64,000 bases of DNA, taken from positions 1 to 64,000 of the forward strand of contig NW_026515698.1 in NCBI RefSeq assembly GCF_025526975.1. Reading direction: 5' to 3'. Position numbers and translations under genes: made by a program. The notes under the pieces were generated by a model that was given only the letters and a program-made list of their open reading frames with translations, made no database searches and was not told where the DNA came from. This stretch comes from Fimicolochytrium jonesii (taxonomy: Eukaryota). This document shows positions 22,086 to 35,074 of the stretch, in pieces; position 1 is the stretch's first letter; every line of letters starts with the position of its first letter.

Positions 22086-24538
22086 CTACAAGATAACACA
22101 ATTCACCTTTACCCGCGGCGGTGAGGGGGGTATTGGATGTCTAACACTCTCAAACCTCTCAACCACAACCCCAACAACAGCCAACAGCCCCAAACACACC
22201 ACCGCGACCAGCAACCCGCCCATGAAATCCACGATCCGCTGATCTCGCCATATCAACAGGTACATCTCCCCCACGGTGCGGCCGAGGATCCAGTACTGCA
22301 CTGCAAAGTAAAGGAGGTAGACGCCCACAATGCTTGTGGTCAAGACGTCGAAGGCGCGGCGTATTCGCGGCCGAAGCCACAGCACCGCCACACGTGCCTC
22401 AACCTTGAGCCAGATAAGCGCGTTCCTGCATTGTCGGTAGTTGCGTTTCGAGTCGTGGTGCAGGAAGAGGGCTGAGGCGATCGCGGCACCTGTTGCGAGC
22501 AGTTTGCCGTAGTGGGTGCGTATGAAATCGTAGAGGGGTTCAAGGGGACTCGGGCATTGGGCGCGGCGGTGGCTGATGCGGCGGCGGAGGTTTTCGATGA
22601 TGGCGCCTGACGTAGCATCTCTGACCTCCTTTGAAGTGGCTTCCCGGTTGTACTTCACATTGAGTATCAGAGACCGCGGATCGTCCGAGCGTGGTAGGAT
22701 TCTGCGCGCGGTTTCCAGGGCTGGTGCGAGTGCACTTTCGACGAGCGTGTCCATTTCTTTCCTCAACGCTGACTTGGACATCATGCACAAGTCTTCGTCG
22801 CTGGCTAGGAGGGTGCGCAGGGAACGAATGATGACCGTGGTAGCAGGGCGTCCTAGGGTCGCTACGTGACTCCGTGCCCAGTCCACATATCTGACAAGAC
22901 GCACAAAAAGTGTCAGCCATCGGAAGGAGAGTGCGTCCTCAACAGTTCTCGCGCGCAAAGTGCTTTTACCTTTCGATGTAAAGACTCTTCTTATCAGCGA
23001 GCTGTTTCCCCAACAGCACAACACCAGCGCTCTGCTCCGGTTCCTGCCCCACTCTCGCCGCCGAAATCCGCATCGCTTCCGATATCTTCTTCACCTTGCT
23101 ATCCAAGTTATCGATAAAAGCGTCGTACGTGATGGTTCGCGGATCCGGTGGAAGGAGCTGCGAGACCTGGCGGTCGAATATTTCCAGCAGGTGTTTGCGC
23201 TCGTGGTCCAGTTTCAACTCGACGGCCGAGTCCCAGGATGTGCGCTCCGGGATCTGGATGGGGGCGTTCTCGAACCACCGTTTTATCAGATCGGCCAACA
23301 CGGAGCCCGCGATAGGGGCTGAGTTGAGTCGTTTGGAGTCGTGGTTGCTCGCCACACTGGAGACCAGTGACAGAATATCGTTTCTGTATTCCTGGTGACA
23401 ATGAATGAGTCGGGCATGCAGGGATTCATGGCTAAACCTGCCAACTCACCTTGTTCCAGTCGTTCCAGCTAACTGCTCCATTCATACCCGCCATCTTGGC
23501 ATCGTCATCTAGTGGGCGCGATATCGGCATCATCTTCAACGACCCAAATTGCTGCTTTACAAATTTATAATCCACGTTCGCGTCCTTCAAAAGCGAGTCT
23601 TTCCTAATGATTTGATCCAAGAATTCTGCTGGCGTCCATCCTTGCAATTGCAGGGAGTATTTATTGAAGTTCTGGATCGTCCAATGCAGATTTGGAGGCG
23701 ACAAATCATCTGGTATTGGGTCCGTTATGGTTTCTGTCGCCGCTGCTGCGTCCATCATGAATAGGCGCGAGAAGGCTACGAAGAGCTCTTGTAAGTGATA
23801 CGGTTAAAGTGGCCCCAAAAGCTCTTCGTCGCCAAACCTGCAAGGCGTTTCAAAGTGCGTACATCCTCTGCATGCACAGGATACCACGTATTGTAGAGCC
23901 TACATAATGTATGATGTGAGCGTTGGGTAGGTTCGACTACCGGACGTTGACAACCTACACATTAGAGCTTATCATGCATGCAGCTATAAACAGCTCGACT
24001 TCATATGCAGAGGACTGATCAATCGAAAAAAGAAAGCAAGTTAGCGCACTCGTCCGCAGCGTGAACTTGCGGAAAAGCTGTGACCCACCTGCACGCTTTC
24101 CACGCCATGGAGCCCTTCGACATCGACCAGATAAGTATCCTTGCCATTCAACCGAATCGGCTCTGGCCATATCCACAACCCTTGCGTTGCACTGGTGACA
24201 CCTTTGCTGACCACAAAGGGTTTGTTATCGTTCCCGAAAGACGGTCGGTCGTTTGAGTATGATGAGAGGGCGGTTTGGTGTGCACGGACAAAGTTATTCA
24301 TCAAGAGGCTTTTCCCTGTTCTGGTCGGCCCCACGACAGAGATGATGGCAAAGTCGCTTGGGAGAGAGCGTAGGAAGGTCTCTCCTTTTGGGGTGAGACT
24401 GAGGTGGGGATCGTGTGACCCCTTTTGGGTGACATTTCGTCCGAACAAGAGGATTGGGTCTGTGGCGAGGGCGAAGGACGAGAAGCCGACGAGCAGGAGA
24501 GCCAGTAGCGGCTGAAGCCGAAGTGAGAAGTGGCGCAT
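22086..24538 (-). CDS. Guanylate-binding protein / atlastin-family GTPase with signal peptide and C-terminal TM helices, multi-exon
   Basis: IISVVGPTRTGKS (G1), SATQGLW (G2), LVDVEG (G3); helical middle region; hydrophobic C-terminal segments; intron at ~22891-22970 joins ORFs. Confidence 0.8.
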
Positions 24539-25109
24539 GATTGGGTGGGTATGCAGCAAAGAGGGGAAAGCAGTGGAGATGCCTCGTTTCTCGTCGCTTG
24601 GCTTTCCTTTCGCAGGGGGGAACGCGACGACGTAAGGCGCTCAGAGAGAAACTCCGCCCGGTCGCCCATCCCAGAGGGGGCACTACCGCAAAGGACCTCG
24701 AGATACCAGCGCCCACATTATTGCCCTGGATCCTCTTCCTCATTTTCAGCATAACCTCGGGCTCTTTAAGATCTTCGACAGAAGAGACCACAGACTCAGG
24801 AATGTAGTCGGGGACTCCCCAGATACATTAGGATGAGTAAACGGCGTTGGGAAGGACAAGGGCGTTCGTGCGGTGTGTCTCTAACTATTTGCCTACGCAA
24901 TATGAGGGTGCAATTATGACGGGAAGAGCAGTGTCTTGGCAGCCGGGGCACATGCATGTACTCCATACTCCGAAAACCAGAAAGGACCGGATTCTCGAAG
25001 ATGGGATACTCACCATTGGACCCCTCCAACCACCCCATTAGAAGATCAATCTCTCCCTCTCGCTGCTTGGCAAACATATCTTCATGCGGAGCGGCCTCTA
25101 CCTGCGGAA

Positions 25110-25165
25110 GGAGTCTTCATGTCAGGATCGGCTACGGATTGAGGAAGATAGATCCTCTGTGCCGG
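25110..25165 (-). pseudogene. ~56-bp inverted fragment of the alpha-dioxygenase-like gene (19696-19750)
   Basis: Reverse complement ccggcacagaggatctatcttcctcaatccgtagccgatcctgacatgaagactcc versus ccggacagaggatttatcttcctcgatccgtagccgatcctgacatgaagactcc. Confidence 0.8.
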
Positions 25166-27362
25166 AAGAGGTGGAAGGAGAGGTCTTGGGAATGATGGGA
25201 CGGGCTACGGGTTCGGCTAACATTTTGTTGCTTGCGGGATGGTTGTGGGATGTGCTTTGCTTTCAAGTGCAGTTGTCGTTGAAAGATGTTCCGGAGGACG
25301 CTGGGATGGATGGTGGCATTTGTAGAGCCGTAGTCCCTATGCCGGACATTCCAAACCAAATTTATCGCTCTCGGTGTGATTGGAAATGAATTGATGGGCC
25401 TTGATACTGCACATCAAAGATCGATTGCCTCGCCGCTTCTCTACCGATACCGTTGCCAACGGAATGCCGCGGTTTGCTACACGAACGAAAGGCATGTCTG
25501 GCTCGCCCGACGCCCTACCTCAGGCTCCGTGGATGGCATTTGTCATCCAGCAGCACTTCCGCTGTACAGCAGGTGCGGCGAGCTTGGAGACTTTGGAATA
25601 TACCGCCAAATGCTGTTCTCCTATGCCGACTACCGGACACATCGTTCACGCCCGGGCCCTTTAGGATATCGCGGAGGTAACTCTACTGGTAGGTGCCTCG
25701 CGGTTACGCGTCGTCCGAAGCATCTGTCCTTTCGTCACGGCGCAAGTGTACTGTACAGTACCAACCATCACAGCACAGCGGCTATCAATCGGTCATGAAC
25801 GGCACTCAATGCCGGAGATTCGCCTCATTTCCATGTATTCCATGTATTGATGAGTTACGAGCCTCGAGTGTATCTTAAGAAAGCACATAGTCGCCGCTGG
25901 TAGACCTCAGACCGCCGCTAAGCATCAATGTTTAAGTAGTCGGACAATGGCTGCCCAGGTCAAACTACAGTAGTATAACTCGTGCTCGCGTGGAATTCTC
26001 ATGACAGCCTGCCGCTTAACTACTTCCTACTGTACATTGGAGCGGCAGATGCCAGATCATGGCGAGGTCAAGACGTGAGTATTACTAACTGTTCCCTTCG
26101 CGATAAACAGCAAGTGCTTACGAGAGACACACGCGACGCGTTGCTCTGTTGCTGCCCCCTGCCAAGGCGCCTGCGAAAGAAAGGGTGTGCCAAGGCAAAC
26201 ATCCCACCCGCTCCCCGTGGGGACTCGGATCCCTCCCCTCCGTTCACACCGCTCCGCATAAAAGAAACGTATGCGTCCGGTGCACCCTCCATTTCAACCC
26301 CAACCTCCCCAAGTGCACTTCCTGTCCCTATAATCCTTGGACGTCACCCGCCCGCTCTTCCCGTCGCTGCTGCACCTGGTGCATCTCCATACCAAACTCA
26401 CCTTCCAGTGTACAGGCGGGAAAAAAAATCCGGATTCGCCAAGCCTCCTGGCCAACGCCCATTTTCTTGTTGTCCGACCAGTGGCCGGATCCATGTCTAT
26501 GGGAATGTCTCCTTATCTTGATCTGGAGGGTTGCTTCTCGCGCCGCAACACATCCTTTTCTTTCCTTGCCATCCTTGCGAGAGAAAGGTTCGAGATCAGT
26601 GACGCCAACCAGAATTCGGTTGGAGAAGGGTGTGTTGAGGCGCGAGAAGTCAGAGCGGAGCTTGAACTCTGCATCCCGATCTGCGAGCCCAGCCATGTAG
26701 TGGGTCTGACACCGCTTTCTCCCTTGGGTGACAGAACATTGCCAAGGCTAATGGCGACGTCTCCCACCTAGAAAAGAATATTCTGCGGCGGCAAATAATC
26801 TTGCTGACCGCTCGAACCTCCGGTCACGTCATCGATGCTCATCCGCGTCCTTCAAAGTTTGTGGGATGTCAGTTGGGCGAACGAAGAGCGCTAGAGGACG
26901 CCCGACTTTTTTTTGCGGGGGGTGTCTGTATCAGAGCGTATGGAATACACAGATATGCTCCTCATCCCCCCATTCTTTTCGCTTGCATTGGGCGACAGAA
27001 GATCGCCAAGGCTGCAGGCAAGCGGTGCCCGCTCGTCTCATTGTGTCTTCGGCTGTTGGAAGCAGAAGTCGCACGGGCGCCGTCCACTCCCATCGATGTC
27101 TGTTTTTTCTCATTTTTTCGATGTGGGGAACGACACGCAGAGGATACGCAAGGCATGCGCCTACAGCGTACTTTGCGGAAGTCGAATGGCTGCTTCGCGC
27201 ACGCATATAAAACCTGATGGGCTCGGCTCTTCCTTTACTTTCAAACTCGTCCCCGCCTCATCTTCCAATAAACCGATCATCATCAGCTAGAGCCTTCAAG
27301 TGAGCCTGTCCTCGCCATCTCAAGTTCTCCGTTTGATTCTTCTCGTCTCAGAGCATCAAGCG

Positions 27363-30300
27363 ATGACAGCCAAAGACAAGCACAACACCTTCGAGGCCTC
27401 CACCGGCATCATGTCCAACCCAAGCACCGACATCCCCGCCCCCTTCCTCTCCAACGACCTCCGCATCACCTACCGCACCCTCTCGGTACAAATCGATCAC
27501 CCTAACCCCACAACCTCATCAGAAACCGCCGTCAAACTCCGCGACATTGATGTTCACACCTGGCCCGTTGCCGACGTCTTCTCCCGTTTCGCCACGCACC
27601 CTACAGGCGGTCTCGCGGCCGAGATTGTTGAACGTCGCAGTTTGACGGGCAAGAACAAGATCTCCCCCCCGCCGACGCGGTATGCGCGGCAAGCTGCTGG
27701 ATATGTGTTTGGTGGATTCAATTTCTTAATGTGGATTGCGTTCGTGGTGATTTTGTTGTCGTGGCGGCCGTTGGGGAATGAGAGTGCTGCTGGGCCGCAG
27801 GTCTTCAACCTGGGCGTTGCTGTGTTGCTGGTATGTGCACAACATCTGAATCATCATCGGATGCAAGGGAAGCTAAATGTAGCTTTCTCCCGTGATTGCA
27901 GTTTGCAGTGATCGTCGTCTCTTCCATCTTCTACGCCTGGGTCGACTACAACGCCTCCCGCATCATGCGCTCCATTCGTTCCCTCATCGCGCAAGAAGCG
28001 TACGTGATCCGGTCCTCCCTCACGCAGCTCGTCTCCTCCGAATCTATTGTCGTCGGCGACCTCGTTACGCTGAGCGCCGGTCAACGTGTGCCAGCCGATA
28101 TACGCATCGTGGAAGCGTCGTCGGATTTGAGCTTTGATCGGATGCTGTTGACGGGCGAGGGGGAGAGCGTGGAGGGGTGTGTAGACATGACGGATGCGAA
28201 TGTGCTTGAGACGAGGAATTTGGCGTTCGCGAGCACTTTTGTGGTGCAGGGGAGTGCTAAGGGGGTGGTTTTCGCGATTGGTGAGTCGACCATGGGCCTT
28301 ATTTCCTCGCAATGATACATTCTGACGTATTGAAATGTGCAGGCGACAAGACAGTAATGGGCCGCATCGTGCACCTCTCCGGGCAGCACAAACCCGGCAT
28401 GACGACCATGCAGCGTGAGATCTGGTACTTCACGCGTATCATTTCTACACTGGCATTTTCCCTGTTTGCCTTGTCGATGATCTTTTGGGCCGCGTATACG
28501 CGCCAGGTCCATCCCGGGTTTGCCGGGCCTGCAGATGCGATTATCAACTCGATTGGCTGTTTGACTGCTTTTGTGCCGCAAGGTGTGTGCTCTTTTGTTG
28601 ATGTTAGGAGGGGTGTTTTCGAGAATGCTTCACTGACCATCCATTATATTCTGCAGGTCTGCCAGTCTGTGTCGCCCTGTCGCTGACTATCATCGCCAAA
28701 CGCATGGCCGCACACCACGTCCTCGTCAAAAACCTATCTACAATCGAGACCCTCGGGTGCATGTCCATCCTCTGCTCCGACAAAACCGGAACGCTAACAC
28801 AGGGCCGAATGACCGTCGAAGCTTGTGCCGTTGCCGATGTCGTTGTAGATGCTGATGATGCACAGAAGTCGAAACACGCTGCTATGTCTTCGCTGTATGC
28901 TGTTGCTACCTTAGGAAACGGCGCCACGTTTGACCAGACCACCATGGAGTTGCCCATTGATGAGCGCACGGTCAAGGGCGACGCCACCGACGCAGCCATT
29001 CTCCGCTTTGCCACTGCCCATCCAGATGCCGGCAGTCTCGTCGCCTCACACCAAGAGCTCTTCGAAATCCCGTTCAACTCCAAGAACAAGTGGATGATGA
29101 CCGTCCAGCGCCACCTGGACGACCCGACCACGAACCCGACGACGATGTACGTCAAAGGTGCCCCCGATGTGCTGTACCCGCTGTGCAGCACCATGCTCAC
29201 CCCCGACGGTAAAGTCGTCCCTTTCGAAGGGGCCAACTATGATGCGGTGCTCGCCACGCAAGCCAAATGGAGCGCGCTCGGACAGCGTGTGCTTGCCCTC
29301 TGCCTGCGTCCCGTCACCAGCCCGGAGAAAATTGACTACACCGTTACCGCCAACGCGCAGAACAAACTCAAAGCGCAAATGATGAACGGTCTCACACTCG
29401 TAGGCCTGGTAGCAATCCGCGACCCGCCCCGCCCGGACGTCCCCGCCGCTATCACAGCCATGCGCCGCGCCCACGTCCGCGTCTTGATGGTCACTGGCGA
29501 TTTCCAGGTCACCGCCACAGCTATCGGGAAGCAGATAGGGCTCATCACCAACGAGCATATCGACACACTCGCCGAGCTCCGTGCTAACGCTGAAGCGCGT
29601 GAACGATTTGCGCAGGCCGAGATGAGCGAGATCAAGCCTGCAGATAGCGACCCCGTGCGCTCGTTGGTGCTGACGGGGCAGGAAGTCGAGGGGTTGAATT
29701 CGGAGGAGTGGAATATGGCGTTTGGGTTTTACACCGAAATTGTCTTTGCACGCACCACGCCGGATCAGAAGCTGCAGATTGTCGAGGAGGCCAAGAAACG
29801 CGGCGATAATGTCGTCGGCGTCACTGGCGACGGCGTCAACGATGCCGCGGCGCTCAAAGCGGCCGACGTCGGCGTCGCGATGGGATCGGGATCGGACGTG
29901 GCGAAGGAGGCCGCGGCGATGGTGCTCCTCAACAACGAATTCTCGTCGATCCTCGTCGGCATCGAGAACGGCCGCTTGGTTTTTGACAACATCAAGAAGG
30001 TGATTCTGTACCTCATGCCCGCAGGTACCTACACGGAGTTCATCGCGGTGCTTTCCAACGTCTTCTTCGGGATGCAGTTACCGCTCTCGTCGTTCCTGCA
30101 GCTACTCTTCTGCATCGGCAACGACGTCGCCATGTCCGCATCGCTCATGTTTGAGAAACCCGAAGCGGATCTGATGAACCGCAAGCCTCGTAACGCACGC
30201 ACCGATCGGCTCGCTAATCGGAACTTCTTTGTTCAGATTTATCTGTTCATCGGGCCTATGATGTGGCTGTCAGCAATGGGTATGTGGTTCCTGTGGATGT

Positions 30301-30800
30301 CGACGCGCGATATCTACTTCAATGACTTGGTGCTCGCCTTCGAACGCTGGGGGAAACTCAACGACGACGGGTCGATCGCACCGGACGCATTGCCTGCGCA
30401 CCACGATGGCATTGATATCAGAGACGGCAGCGGGTTCCACGCCGCATTGGTCTACGATGTGAATGTCGGCAACTGCATCTACTACGTGACCATGCTATTC
30501 CTGCAATTCGGCGGGCTGATGGCCGCGCGCAACCGGCGGATGTCCACCTTCCACGCCAACCCCTTCTCGGGCCCGCGGCGTAACGGGGCGATTGGCGTCA
30601 GCATGCTCGTGTCGCTGTCCATCGCGCTGGTGGTGCTGTACGTTCCCGCCTTCAATAACGTGTTTGCGACGACCCCAATTCCAGTTATGTACTGGTTCAT
30701 ACCAATGGCGCTGGGAGTGGGCGTGCTGAGCATGGATGAGGCGAGAAAGGCAGTGGTGAGGGCGTACCCGCGCAGTGTTGTTGCCAGATTGGCTTGGTAG
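27363..30800 (+). CDS. P-type ATPase, type IIC-like (Na+/K+ or H+/K+ alpha-subunit-like); 3 predicted introns
   Basis: VPADIR, LTGE, CSDKTGTLT, FNSKNK, KGAP, DPPR, MVTGD, TGDGVND; multiple TM segments. Confidence 0.93.
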
Positions 30801-31042
30801 GCCGCGCCATCCCTCTCTTTAGAATTTACATAGCCCACATAGACATATGTGCCTTCAATGGCAGCTGCCCGTTCCACTTGTATGATGCACTCGTTTACAT
30901 GAAATAATGAGAAAACTCCGTTGAGTGGATATTGTAACATTGAAAACACTATTCAACCTACGTGCGCTTCTCTACGGCCTACTCTTCTATGTTGATCTTC
31001 AGTGCGCATCCTAGGCTTTGATCGCAACGACAATGTTGGCCT
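30728..31042. repeat. 315-bp direct repeat, left copy (right copy 56582-56896)
   Basis: Covers the ATPase 3' end, the intergenic region and the last codons (ANIVVAIKA*) of the methyltransferase; a few substitutions between copies. Confidence 0.95.
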
Positions 31043-31765
31043 CCTTCTCTCCCGCTCCGAGCTGGTCATATAGATGTTTTCGTCGGGCGTTTACCCACCA
31101 GATACGGCTTGTGTCGCAATTGTTGTGGCATATTCCTCCGCGGATTCGACGTTGAGATTAAAGCGTGAGATGATTCCGACTCCATCTTGCTTCAGAAGTG
31201 TATTAAAACGACTGAATCCGTGTACCGCTGTCGCCCGCGTTGTCCGTTTCCCCTCCTCTTCAGATTCGTTTCGTCGCTTAGTCTGTAAAACAAGAGCCAT
31301 AAAAGCGTGAGGATGTGCGTGAGCATGTGCGAGTGGGAGTGTTCTGCAAGTGGGGGAGTCCTGGAGTCCCGGCACGACCTGCCAGCTACCTACCTCTCCT
31401 CTCCTCCACCATCACTCCTCTCCTCCCCTTTCCATCCAACCATCCCGTTACCGTGCAACCATCCTGTTTCCGTTCCATCTCCGGTTTGTCGCAAAGCCTC
31501 ATCAGTGATCACCCACCATATCTCATCTCCGGTTTGAACACGAATACTGCACATGTACGTCTATCGGTATCTGCATAAGCGGAAGAGGAGAGTTGAGTGC
31601 CCTATGTTGCAGGACTCGGGCCATGATTCGTTTTATGGATGATGAGTATTTGTGGGAAATGAATGCTGGGGTAGTAGTGCCTACCTACGTACCAGCCCTA
31701 CCAAATGGCAAACCACGGCGCTGAGAGCGTGAAGCTGTAAGGCCGAGCGTGAAGGCTGTAAGGCC

Positions 31766-31808
31766 AACCCTAACGGCGAAACCCGACCCTAACCCTGGCC
31801 CTAATCCT
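31766..31808. repeat. Degenerate telomere-like repeats (C-strand on +)
   Basis: aaccctaacggcgaaacccgaccctaaccctggccctaatcc. Confidence 0.55.
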
Positions 31809-33003
31809 TCTTGCGGTATTGAACACCACCAGGTATTAATAGCACCAACGATCGTGGAATTTCTACACCCGCAAGCTGGAAGCCGTTGCAGAAGGATCAC
31901 CCGATTGGACTACCTTTGTGTGTAAACAGAAAGACCACATAAAGCGTTATTTCAAAGACGATCTGAGCAAGCAAGAGCAATATTTGACACTCGTAAAGTC
32001 CCTGCGTTTCCTCCTGCCTACCGATACGTCCGCGGCACTGTACGTCAACGGGTTCCGATTCGTGCCGTTGGAGGTCTCGCACCTGGGCAAGTGGTCTACG
32101 CCCCAGTCCCCGTGGCTCGGGAGCTCATGGAGGCGCCTACTGTTATCCTGGATATGCAAGCGATTACCTATCTTCTCACGCTCGACCGGTGCGCTGACCC
32201 TCTCCTCGACGACGAGGAGGACGAGAACTCCGTAGATTTGCAGAACCTAGCCGACACGCAGCGTTGTCGTCAGGAAGTTCTGACAAACGCGCACTACGAG
32301 GAGGGGAGCTGCTTTGACGAGTGGCCATCGTGGGTCCAGAGATGGGGCAAGGATTGGAGGAAGGATCGCGGGCCATTTTTGTCTGTTTACCGGCGGAAGC
32401 GTAAGGTGTTTGAGGTGCAGGCACCATGGCCATGGGGGGGTCTTGGGCCGAAAGTTTTTCACAACTGCATACCCGGCAAGGGACGGGAGTATGAGGGAGC
32501 CTATTCAGCGTATTACGTAGACGGCTCCCTCCAGTTCTTCGTTTTGATCGCAATTCAACTTGTTGAAAGAGTGGGAAGAGCGAGCCATGAGCGTAAGTGG
32601 CGGGCACGTGACTAATTATAACTATGGCCGAGTCCGCCCCGGACGACCCCTTCCTACTCTTCCTTCCCTTCCTCTTTCCCTTTTCCCTTTTCTTCTTCCT
32701 TACCTTCCCTCATACCCTCTGAGCACGATTCTTTGAAACCCACCCACCCTCTCCTATGTATTTGTTTGTATAACCTTCGGAGAACGTGCAGCGTTCCCCT
32801 CTTCTTCGCAAATATTCCCCTCGTCTTCGCAAATACACCTTCTACTCTCCAAACATCACAACCTTCTACTCTCCAAACATCACGGGGTGGGATCAGCGGG
32901 CGAGCGTTCCCAAACGCTAACTGTTCGCAATCTAATTGGGATGGGCTTACCATATGCAAAATAGCCTGATTACCCTACTATAAATTCCTTCTGTCGATCG
33001 CTA

Positions 33004-34535
33004 TTGTTTGTCCGATGCGGGTTCCTTGCGTTCACCATGTCCGAATGCGTAGACTTTGTCGTCAACGCGCTCACTGGACCAGCTCTCCAGTGGTGGAAAA
33101 GCCTTCCTGAAAACGAACGCTTCTCCATAATTTCATGGCACGATATTCAAGACGTCTATGGACTGCCCCCGCCACTCGGACTACGCTCCGCAATGTTGAG
33201 GTGCTTCATTCCCCGGACTCATCTGCCGCAAGTTCTTCACAGACTGCGCGCTCTGAAGCCCAAGTCAATTAACCATCAAGGTTTAACCGAATTCGTCGCC
33301 CAGTTCAACCTTTTGGCTGGACAACTCCCCGGGCTCCCGGAATACGTGCTCTGCGCCGACTTCCTTCAAGCCCTTCCTAAGAATGTTGGTACCCTGATCA
33401 CTGCTCAGGCTCAGTACAATGATAGACTTAGTCCTTCTCAAGAAGCCGCGATTCGCATAGCCGCGCAGCTCAACAAGAAGACCCCGAGTACGCCTCAGTC
33501 GGGCGCATCCGCTGCCCACGTTACTTCCACTCTACCTCAGAAGAAGAAGAACAAATCCAAGACTGGCGGCTCTAGAAGCTCCTCCTCTACCCAATCCTCA
33601 TCTTCTGACGCAACCAAGAAGCCTCCCCAGTGCAAATACTGCAATAGGGACGGCCACAAGTCGGATAACTGCTTTACTTACAAAGCTGTCAAGGATATCA
33701 TGGACAAGAACGCGAAAACCAAGCAGGACGCACCCGCTGCAGCCTCCATGGCTTATGCCATGCACGTTCAAGTCCAACCAGCCAACCACGACGTCCACCT
33801 CTTCAAGGCGAACGTGGATTCCGGTTGTACGGATCATATGACCCCTTATATCAAGGATCTAGATCCATCTTCTCTTCAAGACTACCACCGCCTTATTGGA
33901 CTCGCGGATTCGACTACCATTACCTCGCAAAAGAAGGGTACCGGACTTATCCAACCTACGTCCGGCGGCGAAGTTCTCGCTCTTCGCGATGTTCTATTGG
34001 TTCCCAGTCTTGCCCAGCCGCTTATATCTGTTGCTAAATGCACTGATAACGGCGTTACCGTCTCCTTTCACCCCACCGACGTCGTTACGTTCAACACCGA
34101 CCGACATTTACTCGCAATGGGGATGCGCGAAGGCGACGCGTACTATTTAGAAGGACGGGTTACTACCTACAAGCCCAATGCCCAGGCACTGGTCGCTTCC
34201 ATAACCCCCCAACTTCTGCATCAACGTCTTGGACACCCTGGAAACCACATTCTCCCGGTTATGCCTAAGATAGTAGAGGATTAGCCTTCAGTGGGGGCTA
34301 CGCCGGACTCCGGCGCACGCTGCGATCCATGCGCTCTCGGCAAAGCTACCCGCCTTACCTTCCCTAAATGGACATCCCCGCCACATAAACCCGGCGAGCT
34401 GATTCACAGCGATTTACAAGGTCCATTTCGGATCCACGGCATCAACGGAGAGCGCTACAGTCTCGCGTTCCTCGACGACGGCTCCGATTTTGCCCGTACC
34501 TACTCCATCAAGGACAAGGAGGCATCCACTATTAC
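33004..34535 (+). mobile_element. Ty1/copia retrotransposon, gag-protease-5' integrase; in-frame stop at 34282-34284; truncated by a Ty3 LTR
   Basis: CKYCNRDGHKSDNC knuckle, VDSGCTDHM, LHQRLGH, CDPCALGK, IHSDLQGP. Confidence 0.92.
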
Positions 34536-35074
34536 TGTTATGATCTCGAGGACGGGGGCGGAAGCGAAGTAGAGAAGACAGGGCGAGTGTGATAGGCGAC
34601 CAGAGATTGTATTGGCGAAACAAGAAACAAGGACTAGAACAGGAGATGAGAAGAACTGGTGTTGATCTGCTGGGGAGGAAGGGAATGGACGAAGAGAGGC
34701 CGGCTATTTATAGATAGGCAACCCAGCAGATCAGAGAACAACAACAACAAGAGGGGACTGGGGGGGGCGCCAGCTATGCTCCTAGAGCGTGCGTGGCGAG
34801 CGTAGAGAGCATTGCTACAGCTGCTGGCTATGGTAAAGTAGTGGGGGGTGTGGAGAAGCCGAGGGGGATTGGCGAAATGAGAGGAGAGAGGAGGAGTGGC
34901 AATATTGCAAGAGGATTGGCGAAATGAGAGGAGAGAGGGGGAGTGGCATTGACATTGTCATTGACACTGACATTGACACTGACATTGACATTGACATTGG
35001 CGTTTGACATTTGGCGGTTGACATTGGCGGCTGTCAGTAGGTAAGCTTATGGTATGGGCGCGTCGTCCATAACA
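34536..35074 (-). mobile_element. 3' LTR of a Ty3/gypsy chromovirus
   Basis: TGTTATG...CATAACA termini; adjacent PPT aaagagaggggtga on minus; TATA on minus at ~34704-34712; (TGACA[T/C])n microsatellite. Confidence 0.92.

Noticed and set aside
25376..27290. Several overlapping 100-180 aa ORFs
   Set aside because: No motifs or consistent exon structure; possibly a decayed gene but unsupported.
31897..32615. Two overlapping ORFs that look protein-like
   Set aside because: Possibly a frameshifted relic, but no family recognised.
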